Positions 57,409 to 64,000 of a DNA stretch of 64,000 bases are shown piece by piece; position 1 is the first letter of the stretch; the number at the start of each line of letters is the position of its first letter. The translations under genes were made by a program, and so were the position numbers. A model generated the notes under the pieces. The model did not search any database. It worked only from the letters and a program-made list of their open reading frames with translations, and was not told the DNA's origin. Origin of the DNA: Candidatus Poseidoniaceae archaeon (GTDB taxonomy: Archaea > Thermoplasmatota > Poseidoniia > Poseidoniales > Poseidoniaceae); the NCBI GenBank assembly GCA_949373075.1, contig CASIBX010000017.1, positions 628-64,627 on the forward strand, given 5' to 3'.

Positions 57409-58920
57409 ATGGCACGTAAGAAAGAAAAAATTACCGTGAAACTCGATCTTCCTAAAGACGACTCAACTTTGACTAAGTTGTATGCAATACTTGGAGTGAG
57501 TATCTTCTTCGGTCTGATATGTTTTACATTCTGGATTACCAATTCCCATTTCACCACATCTCCTAATGGTCAACCATTATTCGTTAACACTGTGTGTAAA
57601 TATGACATGAATTATATTCCTACTTTCGCCGACAATGAGTCTTGTTCCATTCTCAAAGACGAACCTGATGTTTTAGTGATGGTGCCAGAGGATAGTTGGG
57701 TTGACTTCAAATCTCTTGGTCAGATGTTCGATGTACCTGGCATGGACGAAAATATTTCTGACGTTAGGCCGCCCCAGCCGTTGGTAGGAACTTGTTCTGT
57801 AACTACATCAGCACCTTCTGCTTATTCTTTCATCCTCAACGACCCTCAAGGTGTTGAAATTGCCAGATACGAGGGAATCTCACTTAGTAAAGATGACAAT
57901 TGTAAATTAAAAGTTGAAAATATGGAGCAGGGTAGCCTTTACCAAGTCATAATTACTTCAGAAGAGCCAGTTCAAGATGCGACGTATCGGCTTGAAATGG
58001 AATATTTTGATGGTGTCCCTGAGAATATGAATAACGAGTCTCAATGGATAGGGCCTGAAGTTAACCTAGGTGGATTATCTCTCAGACCAACAATATTCCT
58101 CAATTTCTTTGGCTTAGGTTTCTTTATCACTTTCTGGCCTGCATCCTATTATTGGGATAGTGTAAAAGTTAGAATCAATCGAATGGAAGAGAAATTCCCT
58201 GATTTCTTAAGAGATTTAGCTGAATACTGGAAAGGAGGTCTGTCCATGACAGTGGCAGTTCAAACGCTGGCGACCAGTGAATACGGTGCCCTGAATGACG
58301 AAGTCAAAAAAATGAGTGACCAACTATCATGGGGTGTTTCATTCGGAGACGTTATCGAAATGTTCGCAGTAAGAGTCGGAACTCCACTTGTCATGCGAGC
58401 TATATCATTGATTTCTGAAGCAAATCGAGCAGGCGGTAAGATTTCTGATATTCTTGTTACAGCAGCAAATGACAGCCGTGAAATCAAGTTCCTTGAAGGT
58501 GAACGAAAACGAACAATCGCTTCATACATCTCGGTTATTTGGACTTCTTACGGTGTATTCCTAGGTGTTATTGTTGTTCTAGCTAAGGTTTTCATTCCAG
58601 CGATTGCAGGTTCAAACTCAGAACCTAGCTCCGACGATGCAGCAGGTGGCGGACAACAATTAGGAAACATGGTTATCCGTAATATCGAACCACTCTTTTT
58701 CCTGACAATTTTCTATTATGGAGTTACGATGCAAGCGTTAGGAAACGGTTCAATGGCTGGTTTGATGGCTACTGGAAGATTTAGTAGTGGAATGAAGCAT
58801 TCTGGAATGATGATTCTCATGGCTATGCTGTGTTTCAATCTAATTGTATTCACTCCTGATCTGATTGGTGTTACTACCTTACCTGCTCTAAAGCCTTCAG
58901 CAGGGACCTTCTCACCATGA
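57409..58920 (+). CDS. T2SSF-domain platform protein, TadC-like, with ~180-aa Cys-containing extracytoplasmic insertion
   Basis: The order is TM1, a ~180-aa loop with 4 Cys, TM2, then the T2SSF domain (FPDFLRDLAEYWKGGLSMTVAVQTL...ISEANRAGGKISDIL) and C-terminal TM helices. An AGGAGGTGA Shine-Dalgarno motif is present. Confidence 0.7.
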   Translation: MARKKEKITVKLDLPKDDSTLTKLYAILGVSIFFGLICFTFWITNSHFTTSPNGQPLFVNTVCKYDMNYIPTFADNESCSILKDEPDVLVMVPEDSWVDFKSLGQMFDVPGMDENISDVRPPQPLVGTCSVTTSAPSAYSFILNDPQGVEIARYEGISLSKDDNCKLKVENMEQGSLYQVIITSEEPVQDATYRLEMEYFDGVPENMNNESQWIGPEVNLGGLSLRPTIFLNFFGLGFFITFWPASYYWDSVKVRINRMEEKFPDFLRDLAEYWKGGLSMTVAVQTLATSEYGALNDEVKKMSDQLSWGVSFGDVIEMFAVRVGTPLVMRAISLISEANRAGGKISDILVTAANDSREIKFLEGERKRTIASYISVIWTSYGVFLGVIVVLAKVFIPAIAGSNSEPSSDDAAGGGQQLGNMVIRNIEPLFFLTIFYYGVTMQALGNGSMAGLMATGRFSSGMKHSGMMILMAMLCFNLIVFTPDLIGVTTLPALKPSAGTFSP

Positions 58921-58929
58921 GGTGGTAAA

Positions 58930-59367
58930 ATGCGCGATGATGAAAATGCACAGATTCACATCCTAGAGATGTTGACTTTGTTTTGGCTTTTTTTCATGAC
59001 TGCAGCATTTCTAATTACAGTACATGTTCCAGATGAACCGAGTATTTCTATGGATGCAGAGATGCAATTTGCAGGTGAAGATGCGATTAATCTCGGCTTG
59101 GCTACAAGTTCTGAAGATGGAAATTACGACTCTAGGTTAGCAGAATTTCTTGCTGCAGGAGATAAAGATGAAGCATGTGAGTTAGTTCAGGATTATCTTG
59201 CAAGTGGAGTTGAAGCAAATTGCTGGTTAGCAAAAGACTCTGCAACTTCTCAACCATATGGCGAGACCGCTAACCCTGGATCTAATACTGTGACTGCGCA
59301 CGGTTTGGTAGCAGTAGATGGTCATATTTGGACATTAAGCCTTGACTTATGGGAGCGTGGTGCTTGA
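58930..59367 (+). CDS. pilin-like protein candidate (N-terminal hydrophobic helix)
   Basis: MRDDENAQIHILEMLTLFWLFFMTAAFLITV has a charged head followed by a hydrophobic helix, like a class III signal. A GAGGTGGT Shine-Dalgarno motif is present. Confidence 0.45.
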   Translation: MRDDENAQIHILEMLTLFWLFFMTAAFLITVHVPDEPSISMDAEMQFAGEDAINLGLATSSEDGNYDSRLAEFLAAGDKDEACELVQDYLASGVEANCWLAKDSATSQPYGETANPGSNTVTAHGLVAVDGHIWTLSLDLWERGA

Positions 59368-59801
59368 TGCGTAACAGTAGCAAGAATGACCGTGGACAAA
59401 TGTTGTTGGCGACAGGAATAGTCTTGATGATGTCATTGTTGTCTATGGCTATTTTTGGAGTAAAGATGGCTGGTATTTCCATGCCGCACGATACGGCAGG
59501 AGATGATACAATCCAAGCTTCGGGTGATATTGCCGACAACCTACCAGACCTGACCGAATCACGTGCTCAGATTTGGTATGATGCCGGGTTATCTGAAATT
59601 GAAAGTGTTGAAAAATCAATCAACTCTCTTCATGATGATGTTTTGCACCATGGTGAAATACGTGGAGTTGAATTAAAATTACTCAATATAACAGTAAGTG
59701 AATCAGATGGTATTGTATCAGTTAGTACCGAATTAGGAGCAGCAGACCGTAAATCAATGTTGACTAGAACCATTTCTTTTGAAATTGACTTAGATGATTG
59801 A
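59367..59801 (+). CDS. type IV pilin-like protein with class III signal peptide
   Basis: MRNSSKNDRGQMLLATGIVLMMSLLSMAIFGV contains an RG/Q prepilin-peptidase-type site followed by a hydrophobic helix. The start overlaps the previous stop (TGATG). Confidence 0.55.
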   Translation: MRNSSKNDRGQMLLATGIVLMMSLLSMAIFGVKMAGISMPHDTAGDDTIQASGDIADNLPDLTESRAQIWYDAGLSEIESVEKSINSLHDDVLHHGEIRGVELKLLNITVSESDGIVSVSTELGAADRKSMLTRTISFEIDLDD

Positions 59802-60494
59802 TCAGTGAGATTTTCTCCACTCGTTCCAAGCCAAGTCAAACCAATGGTCCACTCGCTCCATTGTGTCCTTCACCCTTGTCGGGTCTAAAGTTTTCCAGTC
59901 AGCGAGTCTAGCCTTTTCTTTCAAAGAATCTTGAATCGTTCTGATACGGGGTAGTGAAGAAATGTATCTATCTGCATTTCTAAAAGAGTGACTTTCTCTT
60001 TGTTTGAGGAAACTTGTATGCTGAGAAATATCTTCGACATGCATTACAATTCCTATGGCAATTCCACCTGCCTCCTGCCAAGAGCGTAGGAGTCTTGTGC
60101 TTGGCTCGATGTGTACACCTTCTAAGATTAGGTCTATACCTTCTCTGCGTGCTCTTTCAATGGTTGCCAAAACTCCTGCCTCTACCGCTTTACAGGTATC
60201 CTGCCAATCAAGAACCGCATCTCCAGATTCACCACGTGAAAAAGAAGAGCGATGTAATGCAGGTGACTGTGAAGTATCTACTACTCGCATGATTTCTCTA
60301 ATTGCATCAGTTGATAGTAGCCTAGCGAATGAATGCTCATTTGCAATTTTGACAGCAGTAGTTGACTTGCCTACACCTGTGGCTCCTGCGATTAAGACCA
60401 GAATAGGAGGCCGTCCTGTGACTTTAGTTGTAGTCGCTTCAGCGATACCTATCCTCTTCGCCATCAGACCTTGCTGTTCCTGCTGGCTAATCAA
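59802..60494 (-). CDS. 2-phosphoglycerate kinase family protein
   Basis: The P-loop LIAGATGVGKSTTA and LLSTDAIREIMR...SPALHRSSF are characteristic of the archaeal 2PGK (COG2074) family. Confidence 0.75.
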   Translation of the reverse strand: MISQQEQQGLMAKRIGIAEATTTKVTGRPPILVLIAGATGVGKSTTAVKIANEHSFARLLSTDAIREIMRVVDTSQSPALHRSSFSRGESGDAVLDWQDTCKAVEAGVLATIERARREGIDLILEGVHIEPSTRLLRSWQEAGGIAIGIVMHVEDISQHTSFLKQRESHSFRNADRYISSLPRIRTIQDSLKEKARLADWKTLDPTRVKDTMERVDHWFDLAWNEWRKSH

Positions 60495-60544
60495 GACAAC
60501 CCTAGATGGGAGAGGCTTTGAGGCAGTTCCTTCTCGCCCTCACT

Positions 60545-61981
60545 ATGACGAGCGAACAGATGTTGATTGCTGGCGAATGGTGTGATGCAGAAGATGGCGC
60601 TACTGCTGATATTTTGAATCCGGCTACTGGTGAAGTAATCGCTAAAACTCCTAAAGCTACAATTGGCGATGTTGAGAAATGTGTTTTGGCTTCAAGAGCA
60701 GCATTACAATCGAAAGACTGGGCCGCAATGGATCCTGCACAACGCGGTAGAATCTTACAGAAAATGGCTGCAGCAACATATGCGAATGCTAAGAGTTTAG
60801 CAGCATTGGAATCTTCCAATAATGGCAAAACATTCCGTGAGGCGCTAAGTGAAATCCGTTATGGTGCTTGGACTTTAGAGTACTTTGCAGGGTTATCTGA
60901 TAAGATAGAAGGAAGTACAATTCCAGTTCCTGGAAACCGTCTGAATTACACTTTGAGGCAACCTCTTGGAGTTACAGCACATATCGTTCCGTGGAATTTT
61001 CCCCTACAACTTGCAATTCGTTCCATCGCACCTGCTCTTGCAGCAGGTTGCACTGTAATTGCTAAGCCAGCATCATGGACGCCACTTTCCCTTATCGCTT
61101 GGGCTAAAGCCATGCAAGATTCAGAAGTGGGCTTACCTGCTGATGTACTACAGGTAATCACAGGCTCAGGTGGTCTAATCGGTGATGCTCTTGCAGGACA
61201 TGCTGGAGTAGATGGAGTAGTTTTGACTGGTGGAGTTCCAACCGGTCAGGCTGTTATGGCTAAGGCTAGTGAGAACCTCACCCCTGTAACACTTGAACTC
61301 GGTGGAAAGGGTGCAAATATTGTATTCTCAGATGCCAATTTACGTCACTGTGCAAAGGCGATCTGCTTTGGTATATTCATGAATGCAGGGCAGATGTGTT
61401 GGGCAGGTTCTCGTCTCATTGTTCACGAAGATGTTCATGATGAATTAGTAGATGCAGTAGTTGCTGAGGTTTCCAAGTGGCCAGTTGGCCCAGGAATGGA
61501 AGAAGGAGTTCGTATGGGAAGTATGGTTCATACATCTCATCGTGATGATGTGCTCAACATGTTGTCTAAGGGATTAGAGCAAGGTGGAGAAGTCGTATGC
61601 GGTGGAAACGCATTAGACCGTGAAGGTGCATTCATGGAAGCAACAGTCGTCACTGGAGTGTCTAGTGATAATCTACTATTCCAAGAAGAATTATTCGGAC
61701 CAGTTCTTGCTGTAACCAAGTTCAGTGAAGATGCCGAAGCTCTTGCACTGGCTAATGATACACCATTTGGATTATTGAATGGAATCTGGACAAACAACCT
61801 TTCTCGCGCTCATCGCTTTGCAAGGGATGTTGAGTCAGGTATGGTCAGTATCAATGAATACCCGATTACATTCCCTCAAACCGCCTTCACGGGTTGGAAG
61901 AAATCTGGAATTGGAATCGAGCAATCTAAGGATGCCCTCAATTTCTATACCAAGGTAAAGAACGTCAATGTAAAGTTGTGA
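60545..61981 (+). CDS. NAD(P)-dependent aldehyde dehydrogenase
   Basis: ELGGKGANIVF and the catalytic-Cys motif NAGQMCWAGSR are present. The start is set at MTSEQMLIAGEW. Confidence 0.9.
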   Translation: MTSEQMLIAGEWCDAEDGATADILNPATGEVIAKTPKATIGDVEKCVLASRAALQSKDWAAMDPAQRGRILQKMAAATYANAKSLAALESSNNGKTFREALSEIRYGAWTLEYFAGLSDKIEGSTIPVPGNRLNYTLRQPLGVTAHIVPWNFPLQLAIRSIAPALAAGCTVIAKPASWTPLSLIAWAKAMQDSEVGLPADVLQVITGSGGLIGDALAGHAGVDGVVLTGGVPTGQAVMAKASENLTPVTLELGGKGANIVFSDANLRHCAKAICFGIFMNAGQMCWAGSRLIVHEDVHDELVDAVVAEVSKWPVGPGMEEGVRMGSMVHTSHRDDVLNMLSKGLEQGGEVVCGGNALDREGAFMEATVVTGVSSDNLLFQEELFGPVLAVTKFSEDAEALALANDTPFGLLNGIWTNNLSRAHRFARDVESGMVSINEYPITFPQTAFTGWKKSGIGIEQSKDALNFYTKVKNVNVKL

Positions 61982-61985
61982 TTCC

Positions 61986-62759
61986 ATGAATGTAAGCCAA
62001 AAAGACGGCGTTACGGTAATCCAGTTGACTGGAGGCTCAGCCACTCAATCCTTCAGTAGAGAATTTATTCCTAAAATTAGGGATGTAATTTTGGAACACA
62101 TAGGTTGCAAAGCAATTGTCATTACAGGAGAAGGGCGATTCTTTTCTGCAGGTGCAGACCTTGTAGCATTCCAAAAATCAATAGATGAAGGCAACAGTGT
62201 GGAACTGATCAGATATCTCACAGGCATACTACACCCGCTTCTTTTGAAGATGCGATCTTCAGAGACAATTTTCGTAGCCGCTCTAAATGGTGCTTCAGCA
62301 GGAGGGGGACTTGGACTGGCACTTGCATGTGATGCAAGAATAGCAAGCCCAGGTGGTAAAATGGCCGCTTCATATTCCGGTATTGGACTTTCTCCAGATG
62401 GTGGAACCACCTGGCTATTACCAAGACTTGTTGGCGAGCAAGTAGCGAGGAAGTTTTTCTTTGAAAATGAAGTTTGGAGTGCAGAAGATGCATTTGTTAA
62501 AGGTGCAATCGATGAAGTAGTTTCAGAAGATTCTCTAATTGAAAGAGCGGTCGAAGTAGCCAATACTTGGTCGCAATGGGGTAGTCATACCAAAGAAGCA
62601 ACCAAGCATCTCTTACTCACTCAAAATGTCAATGACCTTGAAACTCATCTAAAGCATGAGAGAACATTGATTGAAGCAGCAGGTACCACGTCTGCATTCG
62701 CAGAAGGAATAGATGCTTTTCTGAACAAACGTAAACCCGATTTCTCAGACAAAGAGTGA
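61986..62759 (+). CDS. enoyl-CoA hydratase/isomerase family protein
   Basis: GRFFSAGADL and GGGLGLALACDARIA are present. The gene lies 4 nt after the ALDH stop. Confidence 0.85.
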   Translation: MNVSQKDGVTVIQLTGGSATQSFSREFIPKIRDVILEHIGCKAIVITGEGRFFSAGADLVAFQKSIDEGNSVELIRYLTGILHPLLLKMRSSETIFVAALNGASAGGGLGLALACDARIASPGGKMAASYSGIGLSPDGGTTWLLPRLVGEQVARKFFFENEVWSAEDAFVKGAIDEVVSEDSLIERAVEVANTWSQWGSHTKEATKHLLLTQNVNDLETHLKHERTLIEAAGTTSAFAEGIDAFLNKRKPDFSDKE

Positions 62760-62765
62760 TCCTGA

Positions 62766-62939
62766 TGCGAGGAATGCGGTATTTGCAGACAGGAAGGACA
62801 TGACCGAAGGTCTTGTCCTAAACCTGAAAAGGCCTCAGACAACGGCCCTTTGGTTGTCGAATTTATGCAAAATTCAGACCTAATTGGAGAGAAACCGACC
62901 CAACAGGAGATGATTTGTCTGAAGCTTTTGAGAAAATAG
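62766..62939 (+). pseudogene. ORF fragment encoding a CCHC zinc knuckle (CX2CX4HX4C) without an in-frame start
   Basis: The translation is CEECGICRQEGHDRRSCPKPEKASDNGPLVVEFMQNSDLIGEKPTQQEMICLKLLRK. The frame is the same as the upstream crotonase gene, but it is separated from it by TGA-TCC-TGA. The only nearby ATG (62765) is one nucleotide out of frame. Confidence 0.25.
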
Positions 62940-63184
62940 GCGACCAAATATCTATTCCAAGTCCTAAGCAACTCGTGGCCCAAACAATTTACAATCTCAA
63001 AACCGAGGAACGTATTCAGCAAGGTATTGAAGAGGTCAAGGAATTGGATGAAGAAATGACTGAGCATGAATGGTATCGTAAGAACCGCGATGCTATACTG
63101 TTCGTTTTAGGAGCAGGAGCATTGATGCTATTACTATCATTGTCGATAATTCTCATACTCATCTTAGAGTATTTGTCTTTATGA
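62915..63184 (+). CDS. possible small tail-anchored protein (TTG start), perhaps the 3' part of a frameshifted gene
   Basis: 89 aa, acidic and helical, with a C-terminal TM helix (AILFVLGAGALMLLLSLSIILILIL). The frame is open upstream to 62828 with no ATG. Confidence 0.3.
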   Translation: MSEAFEKIGDQISIPSPKQLVAQTIYNLKTEERIQQGIEEVKELDEEMTEHEWYRKNRDAILFVLGAGALMLLLSLSIILILILEYLSL

Positions 63185-63736
63185 TTACCAAGGGAACTTA
63201 GCAGACCAAATAATCAGGTCATTAAGTATGACTTGGATTCCAAGGAATACCGAACCAAGTAGCATTATTTTTGACCCATCTACTCCGTCTTGCATAGCTC
63301 CATACGCAAGGAGTCCTAACATTATATTTCCAACAGACGCCAATGCTAGGATTCCAATAACCAAAATTGGTGTCCAAGAGTATGAATTATTCATGTGGAA
63401 AATCGTACTGTCAATCCAGAGCATTGATGGAATCAAGAATAGAGCATATGCGAGTAACAACCTCATGCCACCATTGCCATCCGATTCACTCCATGGCCAT
63501 CTAAGAGATTCGAGTAGCGCAACATCGAGTTTGAATAATGCAACCCACCAGTACATCATGTATCCAATTGCAGCAAGGAACATGAATGGCACGATGTATG
63601 TAATCCAAGTTTCAGGAACACCTCCCCATAATGAATCCCAATCATCCAAGCGAGAAAGAGCGAATGCGTAACTGATCAAAACTAGGGGTCCAGCGATGAA
63701 TGTGGATTTACGAATGAATTCCCTAGAGACTTCCAT
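63185..63736 (-). CDS. polytopic membrane protein of unknown function
   Basis: 183 aa with 5-6 hydrophobic helices. Confidence 0.5.
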   Translation of the reverse strand: MEVSREFIRKSTFIAGPLVLISYAFALSRLDDWDSLWGGVPETWITYIVPFMFLAAIGYMMYWWVALFKLDVALLESLRWPWSESDGNGGMRLLLAYALFLIPSMLWIDSTIFHMNNSYSWTPILVIGILALASVGNIMLGLLAYGAMQDGVDGSKIMLLGSVFLGIQVILNDLIIWSAKFPW

Positions 63737-63788
63737 ACTCGGTTCTATGGCGTTAGCACTTAATGGGTTGTAATTTTCTTTGGAAATT

Positions 63789-64000
63789 TTATTGAATTGT
63801 TATTGTTTCAGTTCCCGCCAAGGTATCTTCTTCTCTGACTCCGAAACGAGTAATCTCAATATCGCACGTCACCGAACATATGTCAACGCCATTTTCGCTC
63901 AATGTTGCAATTTCTCCATCTTCCCAAACAGCATAGTACTCATCAACGCCCGAAAACGAAATCATACAATCTGAACTAGAATAAGTATCACACTGGTGTG
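63789..64000 (-). CDS. 3' part of a small Cys-containing secreted protein (paralog of 41685..42119); 5' end outside window
   Basis: It is not in the ORF track because no start lies in the window. Hand translation of the minus strand gives HQCDTYSSSDCMISFSGVDEYYAVWEDGEIATLSENGVDICSVTCDIEITRFGVREEDTLAGTETITIQ, with the stop at 63789-63791. It aligns with HKC..C...WEIGEI...ENGVGICSQHC of the 144-aa protein. Confidence 0.55.
   Translation of the reverse strand, partial: HQCDTYSSSDCMISFSGVDEYYAVWEDGEIATLSENGVDICSVTCDIEITRFGVREEDTLAGTETITIQ

Noticed and set aside
62757-62768. The tandem in-frame TGA-TCC-TGA read as selenocysteine or programmed readthrough linking the crotonase to the zinc knuckle.
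   Set aside because: No SECIS-like structure is evident. The selenocysteine machinery is not expected in this lineage. The crotonase is full length at the first TGA. A decayed or mis-assembled small gene is the simpler explanation.
63780-63974. A tracked 64-aa plus-strand ORF at the window end.
   Set aside because: The opposite strand carries an open frame to the window edge, and its product aligns with the 41685..42119 protein (four conserved Cys). The plus-strand ORF is the shadow.
1-64000. A search for CRISPR arrays, transposases/integrases, rRNA genes, inteins, tRNA introns and recognisable defence or toxin-antitoxin genes.
   Set aside because: No direct-repeat arrays, recombinase motifs, rRNA-like sequence or split conserved proteins were seen. 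The region looks like core chromosome rather than a mobile or defence island.

Overview
The window is a very densely packed chromosomal segment of about 60 genes with almost no intergenic DNA. It reads as archaeal. Supporting features are a group II chaperonin (thermosome), Bud32 kinase, a FlaI/PilB-type ATPase with split T2SSF platform proteins and class-III-signal pilin candidates, 2-phosphoglycerate kinase, a UPF0200 kinase, a TtuA/Ncs6-type tRNA thiolase, and a tRNA-Gly preceded by a TATA-like box. The acidic proteome, the many sequon-rich surface proteins and the exported peptidases suggest a marine planktonic euryarchaeote (Thermoplasmatota/Poseidoniales-like); this is inference only. 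All family calls come from motifs recognised by eye in the supplied translations; no database search was run.

Housekeeping content:
- Pyrimidine and cofactor genes: pyrB-pyrI, pyrG, nadA, an RdgB/HAM1 ITPase and an NAD-kinase-like protein.
- Translation and chaperones: a bacterial-type thrS, thermosome, an sHSP-like protein and dnaK.
- Ion, arsenic and Fe-S functions: crcB, an arsC-like gene, and an Mrp/ApbC + DUF971 pair.
- Catabolism: M17 and M14 peptidases, a class-III aminotransferase, an aldehyde dehydrogenase, two crotonases and an ABC transporter.
- No rRNA, CRISPR array, transposase, integrase or recognisable defence genes were seen.

Most interesting items:
1. A two-gene module encodes agmatinase followed by a fusion of a SpeD-type pyruvoyl decarboxylase to a deoxyhypusine-synthase-like domain. 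That domain appears to lack the canonical catalytic lysine.
2. A three-gene operon encodes a Roadblock/LC7 protein, a 1043-aa Roadblock + PATAN-like + coiled-coil protein, and a 67-aa two-TM protein. No GTPase partner is in the window.
3. Eight convergent gene pairs have stop codons that abut with exactly 0 nt between them.
4. A recurrent GC-rich hairpin is built on the 9-mer CCCGTAGGG at three gene-boundary sites.
5. A Tad/Epd-like type IV pilus locus has a split platform protein.
6. Several paralogous or unusual membrane and surface proteins occur.
7. A CCHC zinc-knuckle ORF fragment has no in-frame start.

Strong Shine-Dalgarno-like GGAGG/GAGGTG motifs precede many starts and were used to refine start codons.
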